DNA of 62,496 nt, filler included, from Chiloscyllium plagiosum (Eukaryota), in NCBI RefSeq assembly GCF_004010195.1. It is 4 parts of one record of this genome, joined end to end, with 100 filler letters (N's around TTAATTAATTAA, not from the genome) between each part and the next. Parts side by side here need not be neighbours in the genome. Positions count along the whole stretch, not along the records: positions 30,196 to 41,634 come from NC_057717.1; positions 41,735 to 59,104 come from NC_057717.1; 2 more parts are not named here. The stretch is one strand, 5' to 3'. Under the pieces are notes generated by a model, which made no database searches, was not told the origin of the DNA, and saw only the letters and a program-made list of their open reading frames with translations. Below are positions 37,346-50,404 of this stretch, piece after piece (the stretch's first letter is position 1; each line of letters opens with the position of its first letter). Made by a program: the position numbers and the translations under genes.

Positions 37346-37949
37346 ATTGTACGATTCATGTTTCACATCTTCAGCAATTGCAGGGCCAGATTCCACAGTG
37401 CTATGTGGGGTGGTGTTTGGAATGAAGGCAGAATGCACCAGTGTGTCCAGGAGGGAAAGTTCGATGCGGAAGGCAGAGAAGGGAGGTGAGAGGAATATAT
37501 CTGTGGTGATGGCATTTCGCTGGAGCTAGTGGAATTAAAAAAATCGATGATCACTTGAAGCACCATAGCACAAAAAGCGACAGAGCATGTACTGGAAAGT
37601 GGGATGAGAGTATATAGGCGTTTGATGCCCGACATTGGTTCGAAGTGCCAAAAGACCTCTCCCATTTCTGTAAAATTCCCAGTCTCTAAGAAAAATAAAT
37701 TGCACCAGCCTTTTGTGCAATCAATATCAGGTCAATGTCTGTGTTTACTACAGCAAATAATACTATTCTTTATTCCCTGAAGACTATCTATCAGATAGCC
37801 TGCCGTTACGCAGCACCAATGAATAGTCACGAACAGTCTCCATTAACCAATTTTCACTCTCCTAGCAGATCCTTATCCACTCCTTTGTCCAAATGTTCTT
37901 CTCCTTCTTTGGGTTCATTCCCCATCTATCGTTTATTCCTTTACAAGAC

Positions 37950-38550
37950 AGAAGTAAGAAACATGATGGAATACTCCGTATTTGCCTGAATAAGTGCAGT
38001 ATTGAGAAAACACGGCGCAGGAGAAGCACAGCAGATAAGGCAGCATCCAAATAGCAAGAGACATTTCCGTCAGTACCTCCTTCAGGGCTCCTCAGTGCAG
38101 TTCCAACAATAATGCAAATTTCAACACCACCCAGAACAGTGCAACCAAATTGATCAGCACAGCATGACTGACACAACATCGACAAAGATCGACTTCCTCC
38201 ACCACCAAACACTCAGACACGCAGGTTGTTCTAACCACAAGATACAATGCGGAAATTCACCAAGCCTCCTTAAACAGTACCTTTCACATTCACAACCACT
38301 TCCACCTCAAAGGAAAAGGGCGGCAGGTACGTCAGAAAACCTGACAAACCAGTTTCCACCCTGACCTGGAAATATTTTGCAATTCCTTCACTGTCACTGT
38401 GTCAAAATTCTGGATTTCCCTCCCTTATAATGTTGGTCTACTGATAGCCCATGGACAACAAAGGTTCCAGAAGGCAGCACATCATCACCTTGTCCAGTCA
38501 AATTGGAATGAGCAATAAATGTTAATCCTGTCTAGAATATCCACATCTGA
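37950..38550 (+). mobile_element. L2/CR1-group LINE 3' fragment
   Basis: LYKTEVRNMMEYS; 3' end gagcaataaatg resembles the Deu-SINE tails. Confidence 0.55.
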
Positions 38551-38629
38551 AAGAAGAATGACAATTAAATGTTTTGGTGTTTTAAAAAAAAAGTTCTCTC
38601 TTCCTAAGCTATTTCTGTTTTAATTTCAG

Positions 38630-39230
38630 AAGTATTAAAGCTGGAGATTCGCATTGGGAAACTGAAACGAAGCTTTACATGAGTATCTGATGGAGTTGTT
38701 CAGTTTAATGTAGCCTGAACTCATCGGACTTTGAAAACGAAAGGAGAAACCAACATTGAGAGTTGCATGAAACCATTCACGTGTATTGTCTGCGAGGTGG
38801 GGTGGGGAGGGGCATCAGCCAATCATCTGGACTGTCAAGACATAAATGGAGGGACGCTGGAGGGAACCTTTGGAAATGTGGCAACTGTGGAAAGTATTCA
38901 ACTATTCAAATGTCATGAAAATTAATCCGGCAACACTGAGGAAAAGCAACTGTGGAAAGTGATTTGCTCAGTTCGTTGACTGCTGCAACACCAATGCATT
39001 GACACTGAGCATAGACTGTTTAATTTTCCAGAGTGTGGGCAATGCTTTTAAATATGTCCTTCGGAACTGACGTACCACCAATGTGTTCACACTGATGAGA
39101 AATCATTTAAATATTCTAAAAGTGGGAATGGGGTCAGGGCGTTATCTGATCTCAGGTTTCATCTGCGAAATCACTGGAGAGAGACCGTTCACCTGCTCTA
39201 AATGTGGGAAAGAATTCACTCGATCATGCA
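38630..39230 (+). pseudogene. C2H2 zinc-finger array exon, decayed
   Basis: Acceptor ttctgttttaatttcag ending 38629; KPFTCIVC, TGERPFTCSKCGKEFTRS; stops and frameshifts; runs into gap. Confidence 0.85.
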
Positions 39231-39730
39231 NNNNNNNNNNNNNNNNNNNNNNNNNNNNNNNNNNNNNNNNNNNNNNNNNNNNNNNNNNNNNNNNNNNNNN
39301 NNNNNNNNNNNNNNNNNNNNNNNNNNNNNNNNNNNNNNNNNNNNNNNNNNNNNNNNNNNNNNNNNNNNNNNNNNNNNNNNNNNNNNNNNNNNNNNNNNNN
39401 NNNNNNNNNNNNNNNNNNNNNNNNNNNNNNNNNNNNNNNNNNNNNNNNNNNNNNNNNNNNNNNNNNNNNNNNNNNNNNNNNNNNNNNNNNNNNNNNNNNN
39501 NNNNNNNNNNNNNNNNNNNNNNNNNNNNNNNNNNNNNNNNNNNNNNNNNNNNNNNNNNNNNNNNNNNNNNNNNNNNNNNNNNNNNNNNNNNNNNNNNNNN
39601 NNNNNNNNNNNNNNNNNNNNNNNNNNNNNNNNNNNNNNNNNNNNNNNNNNNNNNNNNNNNNNNNNNNNNNNNNNNNNNNNNNNNNNNNNNNNNNNNNNNN
39701 NNNNNNNNNNNNNNNNNNNNNNNNNNNNNN

Positions 39731-41616
39731 TCTCAAAAAGCTCACGAAACCATATTGACCATCTGAAATCATTTGTTGCTTGCTGAATGATTGTCAATCC
39801 TATCTCTCATAAACCTTTCCATAATTTGTTCATAAAAAAGACATAAGGCTTATTGGTCTATGATTATTTGGATCATCTGTATTACCCTTCTTGAACAAGG
39901 GAACAACTTCTGCTATCCTCCAATCTTCGAGGGATATTCCTGTCAACAATAACGAAATAAAGATCAAAGGCAAAGGCTCTGCAATCTCCTTCCTGGTTTC
40001 CCAGGAAATCCTTGGATAGATCCCATCCGACCTAGGGGACTTACTTATTTTCACACCTACCAGAATTGTTAACAAGTCCTCCTTGTAAACCTCAGTCCCA
40101 TTTAGTCTTGTAGCCTGTATCAGATTCTCCTCGACAACGTTGATCTAATTCAATATGAATACTAACGAAAGTTATTCATTCGGCGTCTTCGTATCTCCTC
40201 TGACTCCACACACAATTCCTCACTACGATCTTTGATTGGTCCTCATCTTACTCTCGTCATTCTTTTATTCCCCGTATACACGTAGAAATACTTAGGGTTT
40301 TCTAAGATTCTATCCGCGAACAACTTCTCATATCCTCCCATGGCTCTGCTGGACTCCCAGGTCTTTCCTAACTAACTTATAACTCTCAATCGCCCTAACT
40401 GAGCCTTCACGTCAAATCCTAACATAAGCGTTCTTCTTTCTCTTGACATGAGCTTCAACTTCTTTAGTAAGCCACGCCTGCTTCGCTCGACAACTTCCTT
40501 CATGCCTGAAAGGTACATACTCATCAAATACATGCAATAGCAGTTCCTTGAGTAAGTTCCACATTTCAATTGTGGTCATCCCATCCGTTTAATTCCACAT
40601 CCAGTGCACACTAAATCTTGCCAAATCGCATCATAATTGCCTTTCCGTCAGCCATGAGACTTTCCCTGCAGTATGTAACAATCGCTTTCTCTTGCTTGAT
40701 AAACGTAACCGAATTGTGTATGCGATCACGAAATTGCTCACCGACATCCAAATCTAAACCCTGACCGACCCATTACCCCGTTGTTGTCCAATGTTGTCTG
40801 TGACTGTTAGTAAGAGGCAGTCTGGCCGCAGGCTTTGGACCTGTGTTGAGGATGAGACAGGAATTCATTAAAGTTGATAGGGACAAATAGTTTTTCAGCT
40901 CATCTCCCTCTGTTTCCCTCACTTGCAGGAGATTATTATCATTTGGCGCAGGAATTCACCGATGATATCTTTGGTTGCTTCAAATCTTCTGAACACTGTG
41001 CAAGTGAGTAAAATAGTGCACTAGGACCAGGCTCCAATGAGAAAGCCAAGACAGCATGCATTGTCGGAGCGCCAGAACTGACGGAATGGTGCTTTCCCTT
41101 TCCAACACAAAAAGTTAGTGCTGAAAGAGCGGCGCTATTGGAGGGTCAGTGCTGTGGGAGCTGACTCTGTCAGAGCATCAGTGCTGAGGATGCAGATACT
41201 CTTAGATGGTTAGCGCTGAAGGTCCGGTTACTGTAACAGGATCAATGCTGAGAGAGTGGGCACTGTCAGAGGGTTAGTGTTGAGGGAGCAGGTACTATTG
41301 GAGTGTCAGTACTGAGCGAGAGGGTACTGTCACAGGGTCAGTGCTGAGTAAGTACCATCGTCGCCCGTTCAGTGTGGGGGGAGTGAGTGCTATCGGAGTG
41401 ACAGTGCTGAGAGATTGTATATAAAATAATTCATGCTAATATTTCCAGAAAAAAACGCCAAATGTCAGCTGGATATGCAAACTGTCCATCAAATCATTCA
41501 ATGGCAAGTCCGAACATAAATACATTATCAAAAACCTCTCTCATGTTTGAGGACACAGGCATCCTGCCTGTCGTTGTCACACATACGCAGCCTGTCTGGT
41601 CACATACATCATTCCT
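39731..41616 (+). repeat. ~1.9 kb duplicated block, copy 2 (minus-strand CR1 piece at 39731-40800)
   Basis: Collinear with 28200-30095. Confidence 0.95.
40929..41003 (+). other. Candidate 75-nt exon, copy 2
   Basis: Identical to 29407-29481; CAG and GTGAGT boundaries retained. Confidence 0.45.
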
Positions 41617-41634
41617 GTTTTTGTCTCACACAGC

Positions 41635-41734
41635 NNNNNNNNNNNNNNNNNNNNNNNNNNNNNNNNNNNNNNNNNNNNTTAATTAATTAANNNNNNNNNN
41701 NNNNNNNNNNNNNNNNNNNNNNNNNNNNNNNNNN
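41635..41734. other. Artificial contig-joining spacer
   Basis: 44 N + TTAATTAATTAA (41679-41690) + 44 N. Confidence 0.95.
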
Positions 41735-42285
41735 CCCTTTCACCCTGACAGGAATATACTTTCTCTGGATTCCTGTTATCTCAGTTCTGACAGCTTCCCA
41801 TTTTCCAGCCGTCCCTTTACCTGCGAACATCTGCCTCCAATCAGCTTTCGAAGGTTCTTGCCTAATACCGTCAAAATTGGCCTTTCTCCAATTTAGAACT
41901 TCAACTTTTAGATCTGGTCTATCATGTTCCATCACTATTTTAAAACGAATAGAATAATGGTCGCTGGCCCCAAAGTGCTACCACACTGACACCTCCGTCA
42001 CCTGCCCTGCATTATTTCCCAAGAGTAGGTCAAGTTTTTACACCTTCTCTCGGAGGTACATCCACTTACTGAATCAGAAAATTGTCTTGTACGCACTTAA
42101 GAAACTCCTCAGCATCTAAACCTTTAACACTATGGTAGTCCCAGTCGATGTTTGGAAAGTTATAATCCCCTACCATAGCTACCCTATTATTCTTACAGAT
42201 AGCTGACACCTCGTTGACTATTGGGGGGTCTATAATACAATCCCAATAAGGTGATCACCCCTTTCTTATTTTTCAGTTCCTGTAT
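41735..42285 (-). mobile_element. CR1 endonuclease-region fragment
   Basis: LNWRKANFDGIRQE; GDYN/SDH-like motifs. Confidence 0.85.
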
Positions 42286-42630
42286 CTTAGCCTGAGTCTT
42301 TCATACTCCTAGGTGACCTCCTACAGGTAGTTCGTAAGCTACCTGTAACACCATCTGTCTGCATGCTACAGTCAACACAACCTCGTGCACTTTGATCCAC
42401 TTCTCGTCTGCACAAACCTTCTGTGATCTCTATCTTCCTTCTTAGGATTTTATTGTTGGCATGATAACCCTCAGGAAAGTCCTCTTCTTCCTTTTCAAAA
42501 TAAGCCTCTTTTGTCATCTTGGCTTGCTATTGCAAGTCTCTTAGCACTTTATTACTACACACTTCGTTCCGACCCCCTGCCTTCTCAGGTTTTTCTTGCA
42601 ACATTGCGTCAAACAGGGTTTCCACTAACT

Positions 42631-42841
42631 GAGGAGAAAGTGAGGTCTGCAGATGCTGGAGATCAGAGCTGAAAATGTGTTGCTGGAACAGCGCAGCAGG
42701 TCAGGCAGCATCCAGGGATCAGGAGAATCGACGTTTCGGGCATAAGGCTTCCTGAAGAAGGACTTATGCCCGAAACGTCGATTCTCCTGATCCCTGGATG
42801 CTGCCTGACCTGCTGCGCTGTTCCAGCAGCACATTTTCAGC
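42631..42841. mobile_element. Palindromic PLE pLTR insertion (family B) with flanking direct repeat
   Basis: Inverted arms 42668-42746 and 42763-42841; ttccactaactga at 42620-42632 and 42845-42857; hammerhead core at 42752-42779. Confidence 0.85.
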
Positions 42842-44289
42842 AGGTTCCACTAACTGAACCTCACGGCCTTCATCTTTCTCTTTATGTTTGCTTCGTGATG
42901 TGACATATGACGATGTGATGTGGCTACTACACTGAGTAAGTAAATGCACCATACCTCTGTTTTAACTTCTCAGTTTCTTGGATGTCCTTGAGCTTCTCTA
43001 CAACAAGGGGAATCACTCCAATATTTGATCTTGCCAAATCATTCCCTGAACGAACTGGATTCCTGGAGCTGTCAGTCTGTCAATCACTCTCACTGTAACT
43101 TCAACAGTCTTAGGTTGGCTCACCAACCTGATCTTACATTGGGGAACACTAAATTTCTGTGCATCTATCGCACAAATTACCACACCGTCGGTAACAGATC
43201 GGAAAGAATGCATGTTCGCTCATCGTTGTTTTCGGCGACTGGTTAGATCCTATGTCTCTGGAAATTATAAATTCGTGTCCTTCTCCCCTTGTTCTTTTTG
43301 AGTAAACTTCACCCCACAGGTGAGTGCTTTGCAAAGATCAGTTACTACGACCATGCCCAGTCTTGCCGAGCCTATGCACTGTCCAGCATCTCTTCTGCTC
43401 TTCCTGCAGGTTATATAGAAACTTCACGAAGGCCCCTGGATTCGGTTCTTTTACTGCATCTTTCTTTAGTGCCTTCCTTTAACGCTTTGCGGCTTTACTT
43501 GTCCAATTTACCACAGTGAAAACACCTAATTTCCGCCTCTTGGGTTTTTTTTAATCCTGTGATAAAATCTTACCAGTGATCTTCTTTGTTTATTAGATTA
43601 CGATCTCATCTTCTCCCACCTTTAGACTTAACAACATAAAATTCAGGCCAGTAGGTTGTCTAAAGTGCCAAAATGTATTCACCTGCTAATCCTGTTGCCG
43701 TTATCACTTCCTGAGCTGCCTGTTTTCCACGTCAATTCTTCCCATCTCTGGAAGGGAGTTTCTAAACTCCTCCCACAGAGTAATCCCTCTTTGTGACTCA
43801 AAGGTCCTATCTATCTTTAAAGCACGCACCCATCTATCAAAATGACTATATTTAATTCATCCGAACTCAACATAAGCCTGACTTGATTCCTTCGTTGTTT
43901 TTTTCTGAACTGCTATCTTTATGCATCCGGTACCGATTCGTGAGCACTCACAGTAACATCCTTAATCTATTTATACTTTTTTTGGTCCTTCATCTCACAG
44001 CGTGGCCAATACCCCACCAGTTATGTCGCCTATTTAGTCTGAACCAGCTAAACACATAAAGCAACGATCCACTCCATCTGCCTAGCTAATATTTCATATT
44101 GAGTGAAGATGGCTTAGATATCTTTCCCGTCAAAATATGGCATAACTTTGACATACTTATGAATATTACTACTTTCTCTTCGAATTTTCACCCCCTTAAC
44201 TTGACTTTGCACATTAAGTCACAACGTCTTACATTCAAGTTGTCTCTTTTTGCTTCGTTCAGAACATTATCTCTCCTTCTTTTTCCTCA

Positions 44290-45320
44290 AATTAATTTAC
44301 AGATGACACCGAAATTGGAAGTGATGTGAATAGCGAAGAAGTTTACCTCAGACGATAATGGAACCTTGATTAGATGGGCCAATGGAGCGAAGAGCGGCAG
44401 ATGGAGTATAATTTTAATAAATGTGTTGCATTTTGAAAAATCATATCAACGTAGGGCGGATCCACTTAATGGAAAGGTCCTGGGGACTGTTGCTGAACAT
44501 AGCGACCGTGGAGTTCAGGCTCATACTTCCTTGAAGAAGTGGTTGCAATTAGATGAGCTAGAGAAGAAGGTGTTTGATATGCTTCTCTTTATTGTTCAGT
44601 GCATTGAGAACATGAGTTGGGAAGTCGGATTTCGTCTGTACAGGACATTGGTTAGGCCACTTTTGGAATGCTGTGTGCAATTCCGGTCTCTCTGCTTTAG
44701 GACGAATCTTGTGAAAATTGAAAAGGTTAAAAAAAAAGTAACAAGAATGTTACCATGGTTGGAGTGTTTGATCTGTACAGACAAGTTGAATCGGCTGGGA
44801 TTATTTTCCCTGGAGCATCAGATGTGACGATAAAGGTTTGCAAAATCATGGGTGACAGGGACAGAGTGAATGCCCAAGATCTTTTCCCATGGTAGTGCAG
44901 TCCAAAACTAGAGGTCACAGGTTTAAGGTGAGATTGGAAAGTCTTAGAAGGGACCTAACGGACAACTTATTCGCTTTGAGGGTGGCGAGTCTGCAAAAAG
45001 TTACCAGGGGAAGACATGGCGGCTGTTACATTTACATCATTTAAAATACATCTTGATTTACAAATGAATAGTTATGGTTTGGAGAGATATACATGAAGTG
45101 CTGGCAAATATATACAGTAATACTGTAGTGGAATGGTCTGAGTGGTTTACTCATCTGTGTGTCAGTGTGGACTCGTTGAGCCGAAGGGCCTGGTTCCACG
45201 CTGTAAGAATTTTCATGATTCTCTGAAATGGGACTAAATTAATTTAGGATATCTGCTCTCTAGGGAGAGTTGGGACGAAGTGTCTGCTTCGATGCTGTTC
45301 ATCTCTATGACGGTATGTCT
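44290..45320 (+). mobile_element. CR1 RT/3' fragment
   Basis: FTDDT; LYRTLVRPLLECCVQF; LGLFSLE. Confidence 0.85.
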
Positions 45321-45329
45321 TTCTAAAAG

Positions 45330-45850
45330 CGTTCACCCCTCATTTAAATATGAACTCCCAGTTTTGAAATACTGCACCCTCCGGGGAGAAAACACCTGCC
45401 ATTCAACATTATCTGTACTCCATTTGGATTTATAAAAGTCTCTTGGTCACCTGTCAAACTCCCCTGCTCCGATGGGAAACATTTCAGCCTCTCCAGCCTC
45501 TCCTTCGACCTCAAACCCTCCATTCATAGCAAAATCCTTGTAACTCTTTTCCGAACCACCGCAGCTTAATAACCCCCTCTATACAACAGTGTGACCAGAA
45601 TTGCACACATTACCGGAATAGAGGTTGCATGAATGTCCTATAGTATGAACATAATGTGGCACGTCCTCAACTCAAAGGTCTAAGCAATCAAGACAAGCAA
45701 TCCAAATGTCTTCTTAATGACCCTGTCTACATGATACCCAAACTTCAAAGAATTATACCTGAACCACAAGTTCACTCTGCTCTCCGCCTTACCAATTGAC
45801 CAACATTTAATTGTATATGATCTCTCCTTTTTTGCTTTGCAATTGCAACA
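45330..45850 (-). mobile_element. CR1 3' fragment, old
   Basis: Reverse of CR1 C-terminal region (cagcctctccagcctctcc; gaccagaattgcacac). Confidence 0.6.
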
Positions 45851-46299
45851 CAAAATTATAATTTAGCCCAATGAATGTTATTATCGGGGAATAGAGGGTT
45901 CAATGTAATCAGCTGCATTGATGGTTTTAGGAAAAGCCGAGTCACTCGTTAGCTGCGGGAAACAGTGATCAGATTTCCGTAGCCTAAAAATATTCCTTTT
46001 CTGTGTCTCTGGTTTTCTGTAATCATATCTATTCGACATACTTTACAGTGCAGAGTGGTCTGCAGGATTTCATCCCTAATAGTGCAGACAACTGATAACA
46101 AGCTTGGAATCGGAGCCAAGCAATTAAAGATGTTCATTGTTTATCTCATTGATAAAGAGTATTTACGCAACATCCTTCAGTTGAGGTGCGTACCTTGCAC
46201 TTCTTAGCAATGTAATTCTTTTAACTGTATTTTTCAGTGGTGTAAACCTGATGTTAATGAATATATACTGAGTTGAAAGCTGGCGTTGAAAATGTGAAC

Positions 46300-46610
46300 C
46301 AGACTCTGGGCATGGTTTAGGTCTATTTCCTGGGTAGTGCCCATGCCTCTGAGCCAATGCTCTGGGTTTTATTCCAATTCCGGAACATATGGTAGTGTCC
46401 CGAGGTCTGGTCCAGAATTCAAGTTCTGCCTGTTGTGGAGGTGAGTCACAGCGTGTAAAACAGGTTGATGAACAAACACTCAGAGAATAATGATGCAGTT
46501 TTAGGGGCTATTGCTGAGTGATGGTAGGGCCCCTACCGCTGGGCGTAAAGGTCAATGTTCAAAGCCCACGGAGGTGTTAAGTAATATAAATCAACACGTT
46601 GATGAAACTG
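46300..46610 (+). repeat. Cluster of short degenerate tRNA-derived SINE-like units
   Basis: Three ggtag(t/g)g(c/t)ccc heads, two followed by ttcaa..ggaggtg..gttgatgaa. Confidence 0.35.
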
Positions 46611-46924
46611 ATTTTAGAACAGTGATTTCATGAAGAAGGAAGCAGTGTCTGCATGGGATTTCAAAAATTAGGTCCAGCACCCGGAAAGCACAGCCTGGAC
46701 GCTGGTACAATTACAATATTTAAAAGGTATCTGGATGGATTTATGATTTGATGAATAGGAAGGGTTTAGAGGTATGAAGGGCAAATGCTGCCAAATGAAA
46801 CATAATTATTTTCGCATGTTTGGCTGGCACGAATATTTTGGACAAACGTGCCTGTATCCGTGCATGACAACTATATGATTTACTGATCTAATTGATGAAG
46901 ATTCCTTTGTAATCATATATAATT

Positions 46925-47870
46925 TTCTGTCGAAAGTGTTGTGCTTGTAAAGCACTGCAGGTCTGGCAGCATTTGAGGAGCAGGAAAATGAACATGTCAT
47001 GCAGAGGCCCTTCATCAGGAATGAGGCTTATGGGCCTGGGGCAGAGAGATAAAAGGGAAGGGGATGGGACTGGGGGGAGGTAGATGGTAATGTGGTACTG
47101 AGGTGGAGGTGATAGTGATAAGTCTGAGAGGAGGGTGGAACGGATTGATTGGAAGGATGATGGACAGTCAAAGAGGTTGGTGAAGAGTTGGAGGATTGAA
47201 TCTGGGGTAAGGTGGGCGAAGGGGAAATGAGGATAATGGTGGTCTCCACAGTGATCCCTTGTGGTTTGACACTCCTAAGGCAGAAGACGGCGTTCGTTCT
47301 CCATGCTACAGATGGTAAGAGTTTGGCGATGGAGGAGGCCCAGGACCTGCACATCCTTGGTGGAGTGGGAGGTGTAGTTGTAGTTTTCAGTCATGGAGCG
47401 TTAGATTGGTTAGTGCGGGTGTCCCAGAGTCGTTCTCTGAAACGATCGCAAGTTGGCGTCTTATCTCCACCATATAGAGGAGACCACATCTGGTACAATA
47501 GATAAAGTAGATTGCATGCATAGAACACAGGTAAACTTATGTCGAAATATGGAAGTATCCTTGCGGCCTTGGACGGAGGTGAGGGGGAGGTTTGGGCGAA
47601 GTTTTGCACTTCTTGCGGTGGCGTGGAGAGCTTCCCAGCATGGAGGGTGGGTTGGTGTGGTGCGTCGACGTGCCAAGGGGTTCACGGAGTGAATGGACTC
47701 TCTGAAACGCAGATCGGGATCCTTACTGAGGTTGGATGGTTGGGATTCAAGGGTAAAGGTACGGGAAGTGCAGGAGATGCGCTGGAGGGCATCTTTGACC
47801 ACATGTGAGGGGAAAATGTGGTATTTCAAGAAGGAAAAATCTCTTCCAGTTCCCATACCTCCGCCCACGC
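46925..47870 (-). mobile_element. PLE (family B): RT C-terminus, GIY-YIG and pLTR
   Basis: FPSHVVKDALQRI, FTC, LYGGDK..DRFRERL (YIGE..RF.EH-like); degenerate hammerhead pLTR at 46925-47025. Confidence 0.8.
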
Positions 47871-47984
47871 ATGTCTCTGTTTGGCTTGATATAAGGTGGA
47901 TGTGTTGTTCCAGTCACACTGGCAGAAAGGTAGCCACCAGGATACACGAGCATCAACTAGCCACTATCACCGGGACACTTACTT

Positions 47985-48130
47985 ACAGGGAGAAAGGACG
48001 TCACTTTGAGGACTGCAGATGCTGGAGGTCAGTGTCAAAACGTCTGGTGCTAGAAAAGCATCGCTGCTCAGGCACCATCCGAGGAGCAGGAATTTCAACG
48101 TAGCAATCATGAGCTCTTCATCAGAAATCA
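47985..48130 (-). mobile_element. PLE pLTR remnant (family B)
   Basis: gaggactgcagatgctggagg...ctcttcatcagaaat. Confidence 0.65.
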
Positions 48131-48779
48131 TTCCAAGTATTGACTTTTGGCGTCTGAACTGAGAGTTCGGAAACTGGAGCAGTCAGAGGTCTCGAAAAAC
48201 ATTTTAGAATAACTTGGGAAAATGAAAACATTGAGTAAGGTGAAAAGGCACCATGAAATATTTTTGCCAACCAAGATTAAAGAAAAAGCAAGATTGGTTT
48301 ATCAGGATTCAGAGGGCAACCGTGGAAAGAGTAAGCCCACTCAAGGACAAAGGAGGTAATTTATAAGTCGAGCTGAAGGAAGTGGGCCTTTGTAATTTCT
48401 TGCCTCGTCTGGAGGCCATGCCTTATGAAGAAAGATTTGCTTAGTTTTGCTTTTCTGTCTTAATCTCTAACACTTGATTCCGATACTAATTACAAACCAG
48501 TTTATATCTGCCTTGGACACCCTGAACAGCCGCGTCTACAACTCTCTGCAGTGAAGAATTCCACAGAACCAGTACCAACTGAGAGAAGGAATTCCTCCTT
48601 ATCTGATTCTATAAGAGGAGACTACTTGCCTGAGATTATGTCCTCTGGTCATCATTAATCAGGATTGATGTTCTGGAATCTGTGTTTCAAACACAGCGAT
48701 ACAGTGGGGAATGTTATTTAGATGTTTTGTTACAGGCGGCAGTCACACTCGCTAATGTAAGTAACTCAAACTCAGTTCA

Positions 48780-48848
48780 TGATTAAAAATCACACAACAC
48801 CAGGTTATAGTCCAACAGGTTTAATTGGAAGCACACTAGCTTTTGGAG
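48780..48848 (-). mobile_element. Truncated PLE pLTR (family A)
   Basis: aaaaatcacacaacaccaggttatagtccaacagg, near-identical to 4660-4700. Confidence 0.75.
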
Positions 48849-48859
48849 GTTGAAAAAAA

Positions 48860-49630
48860 GAATACAGGCATAGAGTATTTTTAATGGGTTAGAAAATTCA
48901 TAAAGCCAAAGTACAAAGAGATCTGGGAGTTCGAGTCCAGGATTCTCTGAATGTTGATTCGCAGGTTGAGTCCGTGATTGAGAAAGCAGATATAATGTTG
49001 TGATTTATCTCAAGAGGGTTGGAATATGAAAGCAGCGACGTGCTTTTGAGAGCTTATAAAGCTCCACTTAAGCCCCATTTCGAATAGTTCGTCCAATTGT
49101 GGGCCCCATACCTCATGAAGGACATACTGGCACTGAAGCGTGTGCAGCGGAGCTTCACAAGACCGATCCGTGGAATAGCAGTCCTAACATACAATGAAAG
49201 CCTGAGGATCCTTGGAATTGTATTCATTTGAGTTTTGAATGTTGAGGGGAGATCTGATAGAAATTTACACGATAATCCATGGCTTTGAACGTGTGGACAC
49301 TGGGAAGTTGTTTCCATGAGGCGGGAAGACTTGGACCGTAGACACCGCCTTCAAATTAGATCGGATCAATTTAGAATGGAAATGAGGCGATACTTCTTCA
49401 GCCAGAGAGTAGTGGGCCTGTGGAACTCATTGCCATAGAGCACAGTGGAGGAATGATGTTGGGTGTCTTCAAGGCAGAAATTGATAAATTCTTGGTCTCT
49501 CAAGCAAATAGGGGCTATGGGCACACGGCGGGTAAGTGGAATAGAAAAACCCATCAGCTATGAGTAAATGGCAAAGTGGACTCGATGGGCTGAATGGCTT
49601 TGTTTCCTCTCCTATGTCTTCTGGTTTTAT
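48860..49630 (+). mobile_element. CR1 3' fragment
   Basis: QRDLG, YKA.L.PH.E, FFSQRVV.LWN. Confidence 0.85.
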
Positions 49631-49794
49631 GGCGCTGGACTCTCAAACATAGAACAATAATCTCTCTGAGTCTAACCTGTGAATCCCCAGCGAATTTGCA
49701 TCTTTCCAGAAGGTTTTCTTTCATGTCTTGAGAAAATTCTCCTATGCCAGGGATCAACCTCTTGAACATTCTCTAGACTGGCTTTTCTATAATA

Positions 49795-50372
49795 AGTAGA
49801 TGGGATAGACAACAAGGGACAATAACGTCTCTTCTTCCTGAGGCGGCTCAGGGAATGCGGCATGTCCAAAATGACCCTCGCCAACTTTAAAAGATGCATC
49901 ACTGAAAGCATACCGTCCAATGCATTATGACTCGGAATGGCAACTATTCTGCCAAGGGCCATTAAAGAAAAAAGACACCGCAATCGGTGTGCACCGCTCA
50001 GATCATCAAATAATCCAACCTCCCATGTCTGGACTCCATTTACAGGGCTCGCTGGAATGGTAAGACGGCCATCCTCATCAAATACCCCTTCCACACCGGT
50101 AATAGTTTTCAACATCCTCTTCCATCAGGAAGAAGTTACAGAAATGTGAACATATTCGCGAGAATGTTCAGGAATAGCTTCTTCCTTGCTGCTATAAGAC
50201 TGACGAATGTTGATCCTTCTTCGCACTCGGCCTGTGTATTGTCTTCTGAATACCTTTCTCTATCCACGTGTTTTATGTTATCTCACCCGATGATCTGATA
50301 ATTCTGGTTGCAAACAAAGTTTTCACTTGCTTTGTCATAAGTGACACTAAATCATATCAATCAATCAATAAA
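49795..50372 (+). mobile_element. Rex1/Babar-like LINE 3' fragment
   Basis: RLFFLRRLRECGMSKMTLANF.RCITESI; (tcaa)n tail. Confidence 0.65.
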
Positions 50373-50404
50373 ACTGTTCACAGTATTCCAGCTGAGATCG
50401 GAAT

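Noticed and set aside
41679..41690. Recurrent TTAATTAATTAA as a biological motif
   Set aside because: Always centred in exactly 100-nt N blocks; synthetic linker.
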